Source: an uncultured Dehalococcoidia bacterium
Lineage (GTDB): Bacteria > Chloroflexota > Dehalococcoidia > Lucifugimonadales > GCA-002694895
Length of the DNA: 49,461 nucleotides
NCBI GenBank assembly: GCA_964436345.1
Contig: CAYTCC010000001.1
Coordinates: 1-49,461, forward strand
Direction of reading: 5' to 3'
Position 1 is the first letter of the stretch; every line of letters starts with the position of its first letter. The notes beneath the pieces were generated by a model. It was not told the DNA's origin. It searched no databases and worked only from the letters and a program-made list of their open reading frames with translations. Both the position numbers and the translations under genes were made by a program. Shown here piece after piece: positions 8,920 through 19,164 of this stretch.

Positions 8920-10515
8920 ATGAGCAAGATGACTGGTGGTGAAGCTTTAGCAAAATCTTTAATTTTAAATAAAGTCGAAGTTATATTTGGATTACCGGGT
9001 GTACAACTTTATCATGCCCTTGATGGCCTTGCTAAAGAAAAACAGATTCGATTCATTACAACCCGTCATGAGCAGGCAACTACTTACATGGCCGATGGAT
9101 ACAGTAGATCATCTGGTAAAATCGGAGTTGCTATGGTCGTTCCAGGCCCTGGACTACAAAATGCCAGTGCTGGCATAGGGACTGCCTATTCTGCATCATC
9201 TCCAATATTAGTAATTTCTGGACAAATTGAAAAAGATTCTATTGGGTTAAATGAAGGAAAATTACATGAAGTTAATGATCAGATGGATAGTATCGCACCA
9301 GTAACAAAATGGAGAAAAAGAATATTAAATGCCTCAGATATACCTGATGCAGTAAATGAGGCTTTCAATCAATTAAACACAGGCAGACCACGACCTGTTG
9401 AAATAGAAATACCTCCTGAAACTTTGGCTGAGCAAACAAATGCAGAACTAATAGAACCAGAAATCATTTCTCCAAAAGGAATAAACGAAAATGATTTAAA
9501 AATGCTAACAAAAGAACTCTTAAAAAGTAAAAACCCACTTCTTTGGGTTGGGGGAGGAGTAATATCTTCAGATGCTAATAAAGAATTAATTGAATTGGCA
9601 GAATTTTTACAATGCCCAGTTATTCTTTCAAATCAAGGAAAAGGTGCATTTCCAGAAGATCATGAATTGTGCCTAGGATCATTGCACAGAAATGAACCAT
9701 ATATAGAAAAATTAAAAGAACATGATTTAAGCATAGCAATTGGGACAAGAATGGGAGTGGCAGCCACATCTCATATAAATCACAAAGTTTTACATATAGA
9801 TGTTGATGAAAAAGAAGTTGGAATAAATTATCCAGATTCTATTCCCTTAATTGGAGATGCTAAAGTTTCATTACAAAAATTAATTAAAAATCTTCAAATT
9901 CACTCACAAGCAAAAAAAATAAATCCTAATCTAAGAGAATTATTGCAATTTAGAAAAAATGCATTAACTAAATTAGAGCCTCAAGCTTCATTCACAGAAG
10001 CTATAAGAGATGCTATGCCTGAAAAAAGTGTCTTTGTATCAGGAATGACTCAAATTGGATACTATAGCAGGACGGGCTATCCTGTTAATGAATCAAGAAC
10101 ATATATAACCTCATCTTATTATGGCAATCTTGGCTATGCATATCCCACTGCATTAGGAGCTAAAGTTGGTAGGCCTGATTTGCCAGTATTAGCGGTATCA
10201 GGCGATGGAGGATTTTTATTTAATTCACAAGAAATGGCCACTGCTAAACAATTTAATATAAATGCTACTGTTGTTGTTTTTAATGATAATGCTTATGGTA
10301 ATGTGATGAGAGATCAGAAATTAAATTTTAATGGAAGGGAATATGCATCAAAATTAGAAAATCCTGATTTTCAAAAACTAGCCGATGCTTATGGAATAAA
10401 TTTCTATAAGGCAAAATCAGCTGACCAATTAAATGAAAGCATCAAAAAATCTTTCAAAATTAACCAACCATCCTTTATAGAAGTTCCGGTCGGGCCTATG
10501 CCAAAGCCTTGGTAA
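8920..10515 (+). CDS. Thiamine-diphosphate-dependent enzyme (acetolactate synthase / benzoylformate decarboxylase-like)
   Basis: An N-terminal pyrimidine-binding domain is present (FGLPG..., TTRHEQ). The ThDP-binding motif is GDGGFLFNSQEMATA...FNDNAYGN. AAGAGG lies upstream of the ATG. Confidence 0.8.
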   Translation: MSKMTGGEALAKSLILNKVEVIFGLPGVQLYHALDGLAKEKQIRFITTRHEQATTYMADGYSRSSGKIGVAMVVPGPGLQNASAGIGTAYSASSPILVISGQIEKDSIGLNEGKLHEVNDQMDSIAPVTKWRKRILNASDIPDAVNEAFNQLNTGRPRPVEIEIPPETLAEQTNAELIEPEIISPKGINENDLKMLTKELLKSKNPLLWVGGGVISSDANKELIELAEFLQCPVILSNQGKGAFPEDHELCLGSLHRNEPYIEKLKEHDLSIAIGTRMGVAATSHINHKVLHIDVDEKEVGINYPDSIPLIGDAKVSLQKLIKNLQIHSQAKKINPNLRELLQFRKNALTKLEPQASFTEAIRDAMPEKSVFVSGMTQIGYYSRTGYPVNESRTYITSSYYGNLGYAYPTALGAKVGRPDLPVLAVSGDGGFLFNSQEMATAKQFNINATVVVFNDNAYGNVMRDQKLNFNGREYASKLENPDFQKLADAYGINFYKAKSADQLNESIKKSFKINQPSFIEVPVGPMPKPW

Positions 10516-10528
10516 AACAGGAGATAAA

Positions 10529-11428
10529 TTGAACAATAATCCGCATAATAATATGCTTGCGAACGCTACTAAAGCTGGTATAAATTTTTCTAATAACAAC
10601 CCACCAAAAGATATATGGTTTGAATCTGATGGATTAAAATTACACGCCTTAGATTGGGGAAATAAAAATGATCCTATATGTATTTTATTACACGGATTTG
10701 CTCAAACCGCTCATTCATGGGATTTCATATCATTGTCCATATCTCATAAATACAGAGTTATAGTTCTTGATCAAAGAGGACACGGAGATAGTGATTGGGA
10801 TAAAGAAAAAAGGTACTCAACAGAATATTTTGTAAAAGATATTAACAATTTAGTTAAAACTCAAAATTTAAAGAATTTCCATTTAATCGGGTTATCTATG
10901 GGTGGAAGAAATAGTTATTATTATGCATCAAAAAATTACAACATGATAAACAAATTAGTAATTGTTGATACAGGGCCTGAAACTATAAAAAAAGGATCTT
11001 CAAATATAAGGAATTTTGTACAAATGAATGATGAATTAGATTCAATAGAAGAATTTGTTGAAAGAATTAAAAAATATAATCCACATAGAACTGAAGAACA
11101 CATAAGAGGAAATATTCTTAACAATATAAAACAATTAGAAAATGGCAAATGGACATGGAAATATGACTCTTTTTTAAGATCTGGTTTTAACAACAGAAAT
11201 GCTCATCAAAAAGATGAAGATCAATGGGAAATCCTAAAAAAAGTCAAAACACCGACACTAATTGTAAAAGGTGGAAAAAGCGATATACTCGCTGAATCAA
11301 CTCTCAAAAAGATGTCTGATGTCATGGTAGATGCTAAGTCTGTAACTGTTGAAGAAGCCGGGCACCTTGTACCAGGAGATAATCCTATCGAGTTTTCAAA
11401 AATATTACTAGATTTTCTTCAAGTTTAA
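10529..11428 (+). CDS. Alpha/beta-fold hydrolase; TTG start
   Basis: An HGF oxyanion region (LLHGFAQTAHSW) is present. The nucleophile elbow is GLSMGG, and a C-terminal GH lies in EEAGHLVP. Confidence 0.75.
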   Translation: MNNNPHNNMLANATKAGINFSNNNPPKDIWFESDGLKLHALDWGNKNDPICILLHGFAQTAHSWDFISLSISHKYRVIVLDQRGHGDSDWDKEKRYSTEYFVKDINNLVKTQNLKNFHLIGLSMGGRNSYYYASKNYNMINKLVIVDTGPETIKKGSSNIRNFVQMNDELDSIEEFVERIKKYNPHRTEEHIRGNILNNIKQLENGKWTWKYDSFLRSGFNNRNAHQKDEDQWEILKKVKTPTLIVKGGKSDILAESTLKKMSDVMVDAKSVTVEEAGHLVPGDNPIEFSKILLDFLQV

Positions 11429-11431
11429 ATA

Positions 11432-12673
11432 ATGACCAATCAACTTAGGAAATCAAAAAAAATTTTCTATGGATGGTGGATAGTTTTAGCAGGCACAATA
11501 GTCAATGCTGTTGCAACAGGAACTTATTGGCATGGATTTGGAGCCTTTTTTGATCCAATAGTAAATGAATTCAAATGGAGTCGCGCATTAACTTCAGTTG
11601 CCCCTGCATTACAAAGATCTGAAGGAGCTGCTTTTGGTCCTTTTGTTGGTATAGCCATTAATAAATTTGGACCAAGAAATGTAATGCTATTTGGAATAAT
11701 TTTATGTGGAATTGGATTCATTACCTTAAGTCATACAAATTCATTGCTATGGTTTTTTATTTCAACAAGTATATTAACTCTTGGATTAACTTTTGGAACA
11801 TTTTTAGTTGTAAGTACTTCAGTTGCAAATTGGTTCATCCAAAAAAGAGCTTTAGCATTATCTGCAGCTTCAACAGGTTCAGGTTTTGGTGGCTTTTTAG
11901 TCCCTGCACTTATATGGCTTATTTCAATACAAGGATGGAGAAATTCACTGGAACTAATAGGTATAGCATTCTTAATTATAGGTATCCCCTGTGCATTGGT
12001 TATGAGAAGTAAACCTGAAGATTACGGAATGTTTCCAGATAATATAGATCCGAAAGAAAGCAAAAATCCTAAGAGTTCTATAGAAAAAAACTATGGGACA
12101 AAAGAAGCATTGAAATCTCCAACTTTTTGGACTTTTGCAACTGTACTTGGGATATCACAATTAATGATGTCAGCAAATGTTCATTTGATTCCTGCATTAA
12201 CAAGTTTTGGTTTTACAAGACAAGTAGCAGGATTCATTATCGGAATTGGGGTAAATATAACTAATTTTAGTGGAAGAATTTTATCTGGCTTATTTGGAGA
12301 CCGATTAAACAAAAAACACATCTTAACATTCGCATTTTTTTGCCAATGCTTAGGATTAATAATTTTTTCATATAGTACAACTATATTCGAACTAATATTT
12401 TTTATGTTTTTTTGGGGCTTAGGTTTTGGATTATCAGTCCCGACCAGATTGGCAATTACTGGAGATTATTTCGGTAGAACAAATTATGGTACTATTCTGT
12501 CCCTCATTATGACAGTGGGATCTATATTTGGAATCATTTCTCCAGTTGCTGTAGGATGGGGATATGATGTACTAGGAAATTATAGACAACCATTCTTAAT
12601 ATTAGCTCTCATATCAAGCGTAAGTATACCGGGAATGTATTTTATCCAACCAATGGACAATAAATCTAAATAA
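11432..12673 (+). CDS. MFS transporter
   Basis: 413 aa with about 12 hydrophobic segments and a central hydrophilic loop. It starts 3 nt after the hydrolase gene. Confidence 0.8.
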   Translation: MTNQLRKSKKIFYGWWIVLAGTIVNAVATGTYWHGFGAFFDPIVNEFKWSRALTSVAPALQRSEGAAFGPFVGIAINKFGPRNVMLFGIILCGIGFITLSHTNSLLWFFISTSILTLGLTFGTFLVVSTSVANWFIQKRALALSAASTGSGFGGFLVPALIWLISIQGWRNSLELIGIAFLIIGIPCALVMRSKPEDYGMFPDNIDPKESKNPKSSIEKNYGTKEALKSPTFWTFATVLGISQLMMSANVHLIPALTSFGFTRQVAGFIIGIGVNITNFSGRILSGLFGDRLNKKHILTFAFFCQCLGLIIFSYSTTIFELIFFMFFWGLGFGLSVPTRLAITGDYFGRTNYGTILSLIMTVGSIFGIISPVAVGWGYDVLGNYRQPFLILALISSVSIPGMYFIQPMDNKSK

Positions 12674-13733
12674 TCACTTTATCTTTGAAACAAATTAGTG
12701 GATGTCCAGGTTTTAATTCGACATCAACTTTTGTACCAATATTATAATCATTAATATGAGATGAAAGGCTTTTAACTAACTTGCCAGAGTTCAATTTTAT
12801 ATTATAGATATAATACATCCCTCTATATTCTCTAGATACAACAAATCCATTTCCTTTTTTTGTTTTATTAATATGAACATCATCAGGTCGAATCATTATA
12901 TTAACCGATTCGCCATTTTTAGCATTAGTTTTAATTTCTACTTTCCCAATTTCAGTTTCTGCATAATTATTTAAAACTTTTCCATCAAGAAAATCTGCCA
13001 AACCTATAAATTCTGCAACAAATTCATTTTTTGGATTTTGGAATACATTTGTATTACTATCAATTTGTTGTATTTTACTTTCACTCAAAACCAAAATTCT
13101 ATCACCCATATATAATGCTTCCTGTTGATCATGAGTTACAAACAAACATGTTATGTTTAAATATTTTAAAATTCGCCTAACTTCCATTCTTAACTGCATT
13201 CTAAATCCAGGATCGAGATTTGAAAAAGGTTCATCCATTAGTAATATTTTTGGTTTGGGAGCCAAAGATCGAGCCAAAGCAACTCTTTGCTGTTCTCCTC
13301 CTGAAAGCTCATCAGGATATCTATCACGTAAATGATAAATCCCACACATTAGCATTAAATCTGTTAAAGATGAAATTTGTGATAAAGTTTTAGAATCTTT
13401 ATCATTTTTTATTCCGTAAGATATATTTTCTGTAACTGTCATATGGGGAAATAAAGCAAAATCTTGAAAAACTATTCCTATATCTCTTTTCTCTATAGGG
13501 ATATTAATGGTATCTGAAAACACTGTGGAATCAGAAATAATAACTTGTCCTTTATCTGGATCTTCTAGCCCAGTAATGCATCTGATCAATGATGTTTTAC
13601 CTGAACCACTAGGTCCTACCAAAGCTAATATCTCAGACTTTTCTAATTCAAAAGAAATATTATCAATAATTGTATTTGAACCAAAATTCAAAGATAAATT
13701 ATTAACTATTAAATCTTTTATATTATTTTTCAT
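12666..13733 (-). CDS. ABC transporter ATP-binding protein (FbpC/PotA type)
   Basis: Walker A is GPSGSGKT, the ABC signature is LSGGEQQRV and Walker B is LLMDEP. A C-terminal TOBE-like extension is present. Confidence 0.85.
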   Translation of the reverse strand: MKNNIKDLIVNNLSLNFGSNTIIDNISFELEKSEILALVGPSGSGKTSLIRCITGLEDPDKGQVIISDSTVFSDTINIPIEKRDIGIVFQDFALFPHMTVTENISYGIKNDKDSKTLSQISSLTDLMLMCGIYHLRDRYPDELSGGEQQRVALARSLAPKPKILLMDEPFSNLDPGFRMQLRMEVRRILKYLNITCLFVTHDQQEALYMGDRILVLSESKIQQIDSNTNVFQNPKNEFVAEFIGLADFLDGKVLNNYAETEIGKVEIKTNAKNGESVNIMIRPDDVHINKTKKGNGFVVSREYRGMYYIYNIKLNSGKLVKSLSSHINDYNIGTKVDVELKPGHPLICFKDKVII

Positions 13734-13745
13734 AATAAAAACAAC

Positions 13746-15329
13746 TTATTTATTAGTGTGGCTAAATTTTATCTTTATATTTTCTACATGTACAGACAAA
13801 TAAGTAGGAATAGATATTATCAGAATTAACAAAAAACTACCTACACCTGCTGTAGAAAAATTAGCTTCCTCTAAATTATCCCAAATTACTGTAGATAAAG
13901 TATAAAAATTTAAAGGGGCTAAAATCAGTGTAACAGGTAATTCTTTTGCAGTTAGTATGAATACATTTAAAAAGCCTTTCATAATTCCTGGCATATAAAG
14001 AGGAAGCAAAATATTAGTAAAAGTACTTCTTGTACTTTTACCCAAAGATTTTGAAGCTATTGTATATTTTTCACCAACTAATTGCACGTTTGTACTTACT
14101 GGGCCATATCCTGCAGACAAAAACAATACTGTATAACCTAAAATTAAAATTATCCATGTTTGATATATTGAGAAAAAATAATTGATTGAAAAGTATACAA
14201 AAGCTAAAGCAATTACTAATCCGGGTAAAGTGTAACCAAAATACATTAAATTCTCAAAAACTAATTGTAATTTATTATTCTTTTTTGAAATATTTAATAC
14301 TATAAAGAGGCTAATGAAAACACACAAAACAGAATTTATTGCCGCCACACCAAAAGTATTAAATACTACTGACCATTTTATTAAATTTAAAGTTTCTATA
14401 AATCCTACATTTGTTCTAAATATCAAATTAAATATCATTAAAAATGGTATGAAAATACTAGTTAATACAATGAAGAAAATGATCAATTGAACCAAAATTT
14501 CATAGTGTTTCAGATCAAACAATTTTAAATTTGATAAATTAGAAGGGTTTTGAGAAATCTTATAAGAATTTAAAATAGACATCTTAATAGAATAAAAAAT
14601 TATTGGCATTGATATCAGTATTAATATCAGTGCAGAAGAAGCAGCTCCGGGAAAATCAAAAGATCTGTACTTTGTATATATTGCCAATGTAAAAGTATTG
14701 AATTGCAAAGCAGCAACTGCACCAAAATCACTTAAAGTATATAGAGCTACTAAAATGCTTCCTGCAAATATAGAGTTCTTTATATTAGGAAATATTATTT
14801 TATAAAAGGTTTGAAAATGATTATGTCCTAAAACTCTGGAAGCATCCTCTAATTTTCTATCCACTAATTTTAAACCAGTAGATAAATTTATATATACATA
14901 TGGAAAGCAAATTAAAGATAAACACAACCAAGCTCCCAAAAAACCATATACGTCAGGTATATCAACATTAATTCCAAAATTACTTAATAATTGATAAATT
15001 TCTCCTTTAGGACCATAAAATAAGATAAATAAATATCCTGCCAAATAACTTGGGATAACCAATGGAACAATTAATAATATTCGCCATAACTTAACAAATT
15101 TAAGCTTGCATATTTCTGTTGCCCAAGATAAAAATAGTGAAATAATAATAGTAGTAAGAGTTACAGATAAAACCAAAGCAATAGTATTAAAAATTAATTG
15201 AAAATAATAAATACTAAATAAATTATTTATTGAAGAAAATAAATTAGATATTCCAAATTGAAATAAATATATAAAAAAAATACAAAATAAAAAAATTATT
15301 AAATAAATAAGTAATTTTATAACAATCAT
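13746..15329 (-). CDS. ABC transporter permease, duplicated (two-domain) FbpB/ThiP type
   Basis: 527 aa and highly hydrophobic. The size and architecture match fused double permeases of Fe(III)/thiamine-type importers. Confidence 0.8.
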   Translation of the reverse strand: MIVIKLLIYLIIFLFCIFFIYLFQFGISNLFSSINNLFSIYYFQLIFNTIALVLSVTLTTIIISLFLSWATEICKLKFVKLWRILLIVPLVIPSYLAGYLFILFYGPKGEIYQLLSNFGINVDIPDVYGFLGAWLCLSLICFPYVYINLSTGLKLVDRKLEDASRVLGHNHFQTFYKIIFPNIKNSIFAGSILVALYTLSDFGAVAALQFNTFTLAIYTKYRSFDFPGAASSALILILISMPIIFYSIKMSILNSYKISQNPSNLSNLKLFDLKHYEILVQLIIFFIVLTSIFIPFLMIFNLIFRTNVGFIETLNLIKWSVVFNTFGVAAINSVLCVFISLFIVLNISKKNNKLQLVFENLMYFGYTLPGLVIALAFVYFSINYFFSIYQTWIILILGYTVLFLSAGYGPVSTNVQLVGEKYTIASKSLGKSTRSTFTNILLPLYMPGIMKGFLNVFILTAKELPVTLILAPLNFYTLSTVIWDNLEEANFSTAGVGSFLLILIISIPTYLSVHVENIKIKFSHTNK

Positions 15330-15381
15330 GCTTATTTCCTATATTCAAATAATTTAATTATTATTATCTATTTTAATTGTG

Positions 15382-16461
15382 TTATTTTGGAAGTGCCCCA
15401 ACTTCTTGTAATAATTTTGCTGAACCTTGTATGTCCGCAAGATCAGATAAATTAATATTTGCTTTTGTTATTTCATTCAGGGGTGTTAATAAAGGATGTA
15501 TTTTAACATCTTCTATTAAAGGATATTCTCTTGTTGAATTTACAAAATAATTCTGAGCAAGTTTCGAAATCATAAAATCAATAAATTGCTGAGCATTGTC
15601 TTTATTTTTTGCGGTACTTAAAATACCTATTGGAGAAACCATAACCAATGATCCTGGGCCTTCTGATTCTAAATGAAGATTTCTAGCTTTAAACTTGTCC
15701 CCTTCACCCGCATCCAATATAAATTTATACAAGTAATAATGATTCACTAATCCAATATCAATTTCAGCTTTCCCTACAGCTTCTACCTGTGGAGTATTTT
15801 TAGGGTAAATTTTTACATCATTAGCCATCATACACTTAATCCAAGTTTTTGTTTTATTTTCTCCCCATATGTTTCTCATAGCAGTTATCATAGTTTGAAA
15901 GGAAGAGTTTGTTGGAGCCCAACCTATCCGTCCTTTCCATTTCGCATCACAAAGATCATATAAAGTTTTTGGTAAATCTGAAGATTTAACATTATCAATG
16001 TTATAAACTAAAGTTCTAGCTCGACCAGATATTCCTATCCATTTACCTTTATCAGATTTAGCCCACTCTGGTATTTTTTGTAATGAATCAGGTGAAAGCT
16101 GTGTCAGCATATTTATAACACTTCCTAAAGCTCCGGGATCTTGAGCATAAAATATATCAGCAGGAGTTTTTGAACCTTCTAATAATAATTGAGCAGCAAT
16201 TTCAGTGCTAGTGCCATATTTAACTTTAACATTTATACCACTTATTGATTTAAATTGATCAACGACTGGACCAATCAAACTTTCTTTTCTTCCTGAATAT
16301 ATAACTAAATCACCTTTAGATTTTCCTACTTCTTTAACTATTTCTACAGGGACTTCTTTAATGATTTCAACAGCTTTTGTCTCAGTAGAACAAGAAATTA
16401 ACAAACCAGATAATATAGTTGCAAACAGTATAGATTTAGAAATTTGGTATAATTTTTTCAT
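15382..16461 (-). CDS. Extracellular solute-binding lipoprotein, Fe(III)-type (FbpA/AfuA-like)
   Basis: A signal peptide with a lipobox is present (LLISC). An AfuA-like pattern follows (VIYSGRKESL...PADIFYAQDPGAL). GGAG lies upstream of the ATG. Confidence 0.75.
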   Translation of the reverse strand: MKKLYQISKSILFATILSGLLISCSTETKAVEIIKEVPVEIVKEVGKSKGDLVIYSGRKESLIGPVVDQFKSISGINVKVKYGTSTEIAAQLLLEGSKTPADIFYAQDPGALGSVINMLTQLSPDSLQKIPEWAKSDKGKWIGISGRARTLVYNIDNVKSSDLPKTLYDLCDAKWKGRIGWAPTNSSFQTMITAMRNIWGENKTKTWIKCMMANDVKIYPKNTPQVEAVGKAEIDIGLVNHYYLYKFILDAGEGDKFKARNLHLESEGPGSLVMVSPIGILSTAKNKDNAQQFIDFMISKLAQNYFVNSTREYPLIEDVKIHPLLTPLNEITKANINLSDLADIQGSAKLLQEVGALPK

Positions 16462-16720
16462 AACTTCTCCATTTATTTATACGAACTAATATCGCAACTT
16501 AATATATATTAACTTAAATTATTAATCTATAAAAATATATATATTTTACGTATTTATTATAAATTTTTACAAGAAACAGATGTATTAGTGATATATTTCA
16601 CTTTCAAAATTATTGTAATTTTCGTAAAAAAGGAAAACTGAAAAAAACATATCGAATATTTAATTTTTTGTTAAGTGTTATACTATTTCAAATTAAATCT
16701 TTTGCTTAAATGAGGTTGTA

Positions 16721-17815
16721 ATGTTAGAAAGTTTTATAAGCAACGAGGATAATTCTCAAAATATTAATTCTGAAACTCTAAAAAAAAATGTAGAAGAAAT
16801 TTTTCAAATTATGGGTGAGAATGAATCGGATTCTAAAATAGCTGCTGATGCTTTAGTATTAGCTGATTTAAGAGGTGTAGAAAGCCATGGCATTTCAAAT
16901 ATGCTAAGAATATATATCGAAGGATATAGAAATGAAGAAATAAAACCTCAAGCCAAATTATCAACAATTAAAGACAACCTTGCAACTTGCTCCGTAGATG
17001 GGGATCGTGGATTAGGAATTATAACTACACCCAAAGCAATGGATATAGCTATAGAAAAAGCTAAAACTTATGGTATATCAATGGTTACAATTAAAAACTC
17101 CAGGCATCTTGGAATGGCCTCATATCATGCTATACAAGCTATGAAACATAAAATGATAGGAATGTGCGTAACTTCTTGTCCTCCACAAGTATTACCTACA
17201 TTTGGTGCAGAACCTTTGTTAGGAACTAACCCAATAGCAATTGCAGCCCCGGCAGGTAAAAAACCCCCTTATGTATTTGATGCTGCCATGAGTACAATAG
17301 CTGCAAACAAAGTATCTATATCAAGAAGACTTGGAAACAATCTACTACCCGGATGGATATCAGATAATGATGGAGCTCCAATAATGGAAGAGTTCAATCC
17401 TGAAGAATATAAAGTAAACGGCGAAAATTACCTTTTACCTTTAGGTAGTACAAGAGAATTAGGATCTCACAAGGGTTTTGGCCTTGCAGGAATGGTTGAT
17501 ATCTTAGGTGGTATTCTCAGTGGAGGAGGTTATGGGGCAAATCCTGGGAGACCTAATTTTGGGCATATGGTAACCGCATACAATATCGATTCTTTTACAG
17601 ATTATGACGAATATACCAAAACTATGGATGAATGGTTAGATATGTTAGAAAATAGCAAGACAATTCCAGGAAAAGATAAAGTTATTTATCCTGGTTTACC
17701 TGAGTATATAACTCAAATTGAAAGAACAAAAAATGGAATACCAGTTCACAATGAAGTTCTTGATTGGTTTGAAAAAATAAATAAAGAATTAGTAGTTTCG
17801 CATAGAATAAATTAA
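16721..17815 (+). CDS. Ldh_2 family (malate/L-lactate/ureidoglycolate dehydrogenase-like) oxidoreductase
   Basis: 364 aa with an Ldh_2-like pattern (GVESHGI, GTNPIAIAAP, GSHKGFGL). GAGG lies 6 nt upstream of the ATG. Confidence 0.8.
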   Translation: MLESFISNEDNSQNINSETLKKNVEEIFQIMGENESDSKIAADALVLADLRGVESHGISNMLRIYIEGYRNEEIKPQAKLSTIKDNLATCSVDGDRGLGIITTPKAMDIAIEKAKTYGISMVTIKNSRHLGMASYHAIQAMKHKMIGMCVTSCPPQVLPTFGAEPLLGTNPIAIAAPAGKKPPYVFDAAMSTIAANKVSISRRLGNNLLPGWISDNDGAPIMEEFNPEEYKVNGENYLLPLGSTRELGSHKGFGLAGMVDILGGILSGGGYGANPGRPNFGHMVTAYNIDSFTDYDEYTKTMDEWLDMLENSKTIPGKDKVIYPGLPEYITQIERTKNGIPVHNEVLDWFEKINKELVVSHRIN

Positions 17816-19081
17816 TTATGCTTCTGTTTTCAAAGATTTATTATACAAATAAAGAAATACAGAACCGATGGCTACTATAACACCACCCAAACCTATCGAT
17901 ATAGGGACTCCTATATGTTCTATATCTAATAATCTATCCACATATCCGCCTACCAATCCAGAATAAAGACCGCCCAATGAAACTATACTATAGGTTATAG
18001 TATAAATTCCCATAATTCTTCCCCTAAATTCATGGGGGACATTTAATTGAATTGAACTAATCGCAGATAACATATATATAGAACTAGATAACCCAATAAG
18101 AAAAACAAAAACCATAGCTAAACTAAAGCTTTGAAATTGATAAGATGTAAATGCAAAACCTATTATTGCAAATCCAGCCATAAATGAGCCTATACATATT
18201 CCCATTCTTCTATTTTTTATACCAGCTCTTGCAAACATAATAGTTGGGATTACAGCTCCACATCCCGCTGAGGTTAGCAATATGCCTGTACCTGAAGAAT
18301 TAACATTTAATACTTGTACTGCCATATAAGGCATCATTATCATATAAATCCAACCAAAAAATCCTAGAAAAAATGAATACCCTATTAATGTTAAAAATAA
18401 TTTATTATTATAAATAAACTTCAATCCATTAATAATATCCCGTAGTGGATTTCCACCATTATTATTGCTGGGAATATCAACTCGAGTCATATTCAAAAAA
18501 ACTATCATTAATAAAAATCCCACACAACACACAAACAATGTTGGCGTAGCTCCAAAAACTGCTATTAGCACCCCTGCTATTGCAGGAGCTATAACTCGTG
18601 TACCTTGCCAAGTTAAAGAATTCATAGCCACAGCACTTGGCATAGCTTCTTTAGTGATTAATAACGGATAATATGACATTCTGGCAGGTAATTCAAAGGC
18701 TCCTATAGCGCCACCAAGTGCAGCAAAAATATAAACATGCCAGTATTGCATAAAGTCTCCCTGGTACATTACAGCAAATATTCCAACTCCAATCAAAGTT
18801 AAGAACTGACATAAAGTAATTAATATTTTCTTATTTAGTCTGTCAGCTAAAGCTCCGCCAAACAAGTTAAGTAATATGGTTGGCAAAGCTGTGGATAAAC
18901 CTAAAAATCCCAATGCTTCTGGGGATTCATTTAACTCATGTGTAATCCAACTTTCTGCAAACATAAAAATTTGAAAACCATTAACAGACGCAAGGCTACC
19001 TAAAAAATAAAATACATAGTTTCTAGATTCAAAAGCCTTAGGTAAAAAGTTCGATAAATTAGAACGTGATTTTTCTTTTAT
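17816..19081 (-). CDS. MFS transporter; N-terminus extended beyond the track ORF to a non-canonical AUA/AUU start, see findings
   Basis: The track ORF starts at 18964. The frame stays open to the stop at 19093-19091 and encodes the missing first TM helix (FESRNYVFYFLGSLASVNGFQIFMFAESW). The extension has no ATG/GTG/TTG. GAGGA (19092-19088) precedes ATT/ATT/ATA at 19087/19084/19081. Confidence 0.65.
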   Translation of the reverse strand: MKEKSRSNLSNFLPKAFESRNYVFYFLGSLASVNGFQIFMFAESWITHELNESPEALGFLGLSTALPTILLNLFGGALADRLNKKILITLCQFLTLIGVGIFAVMYQGDFMQYWHVYIFAALGGAIGAFELPARMSYYPLLITKEAMPSAVAMNSLTWQGTRVIAPAIAGVLIAVFGATPTLFVCCVGFLLMIVFLNMTRVDIPSNNNGGNPLRDIINGLKFIYNNKLFLTLIGYSFFLGFFGWIYMIMMPYMAVQVLNVNSSGTGILLTSAGCGAVIPTIMFARAGIKNRRMGICIGSFMAGFAIIGFAFTSYQFQSFSLAMVFVFLIGLSSSIYMLSAISSIQLNVPHEFRGRIMGIYTITYSIVSLGGLYSGLVGGYVDRLLDIEHIGVPISIGLGGVIVAIGSVFLYLYNKSLKTEA

Positions 19082-19164
19082 AATAATTCCTCATGGTATT
19101 GGTATTTGCTGAGAAAGATTCTACATTATATGTGAAAAATTATCATCATAAATTGAGAGAATAA

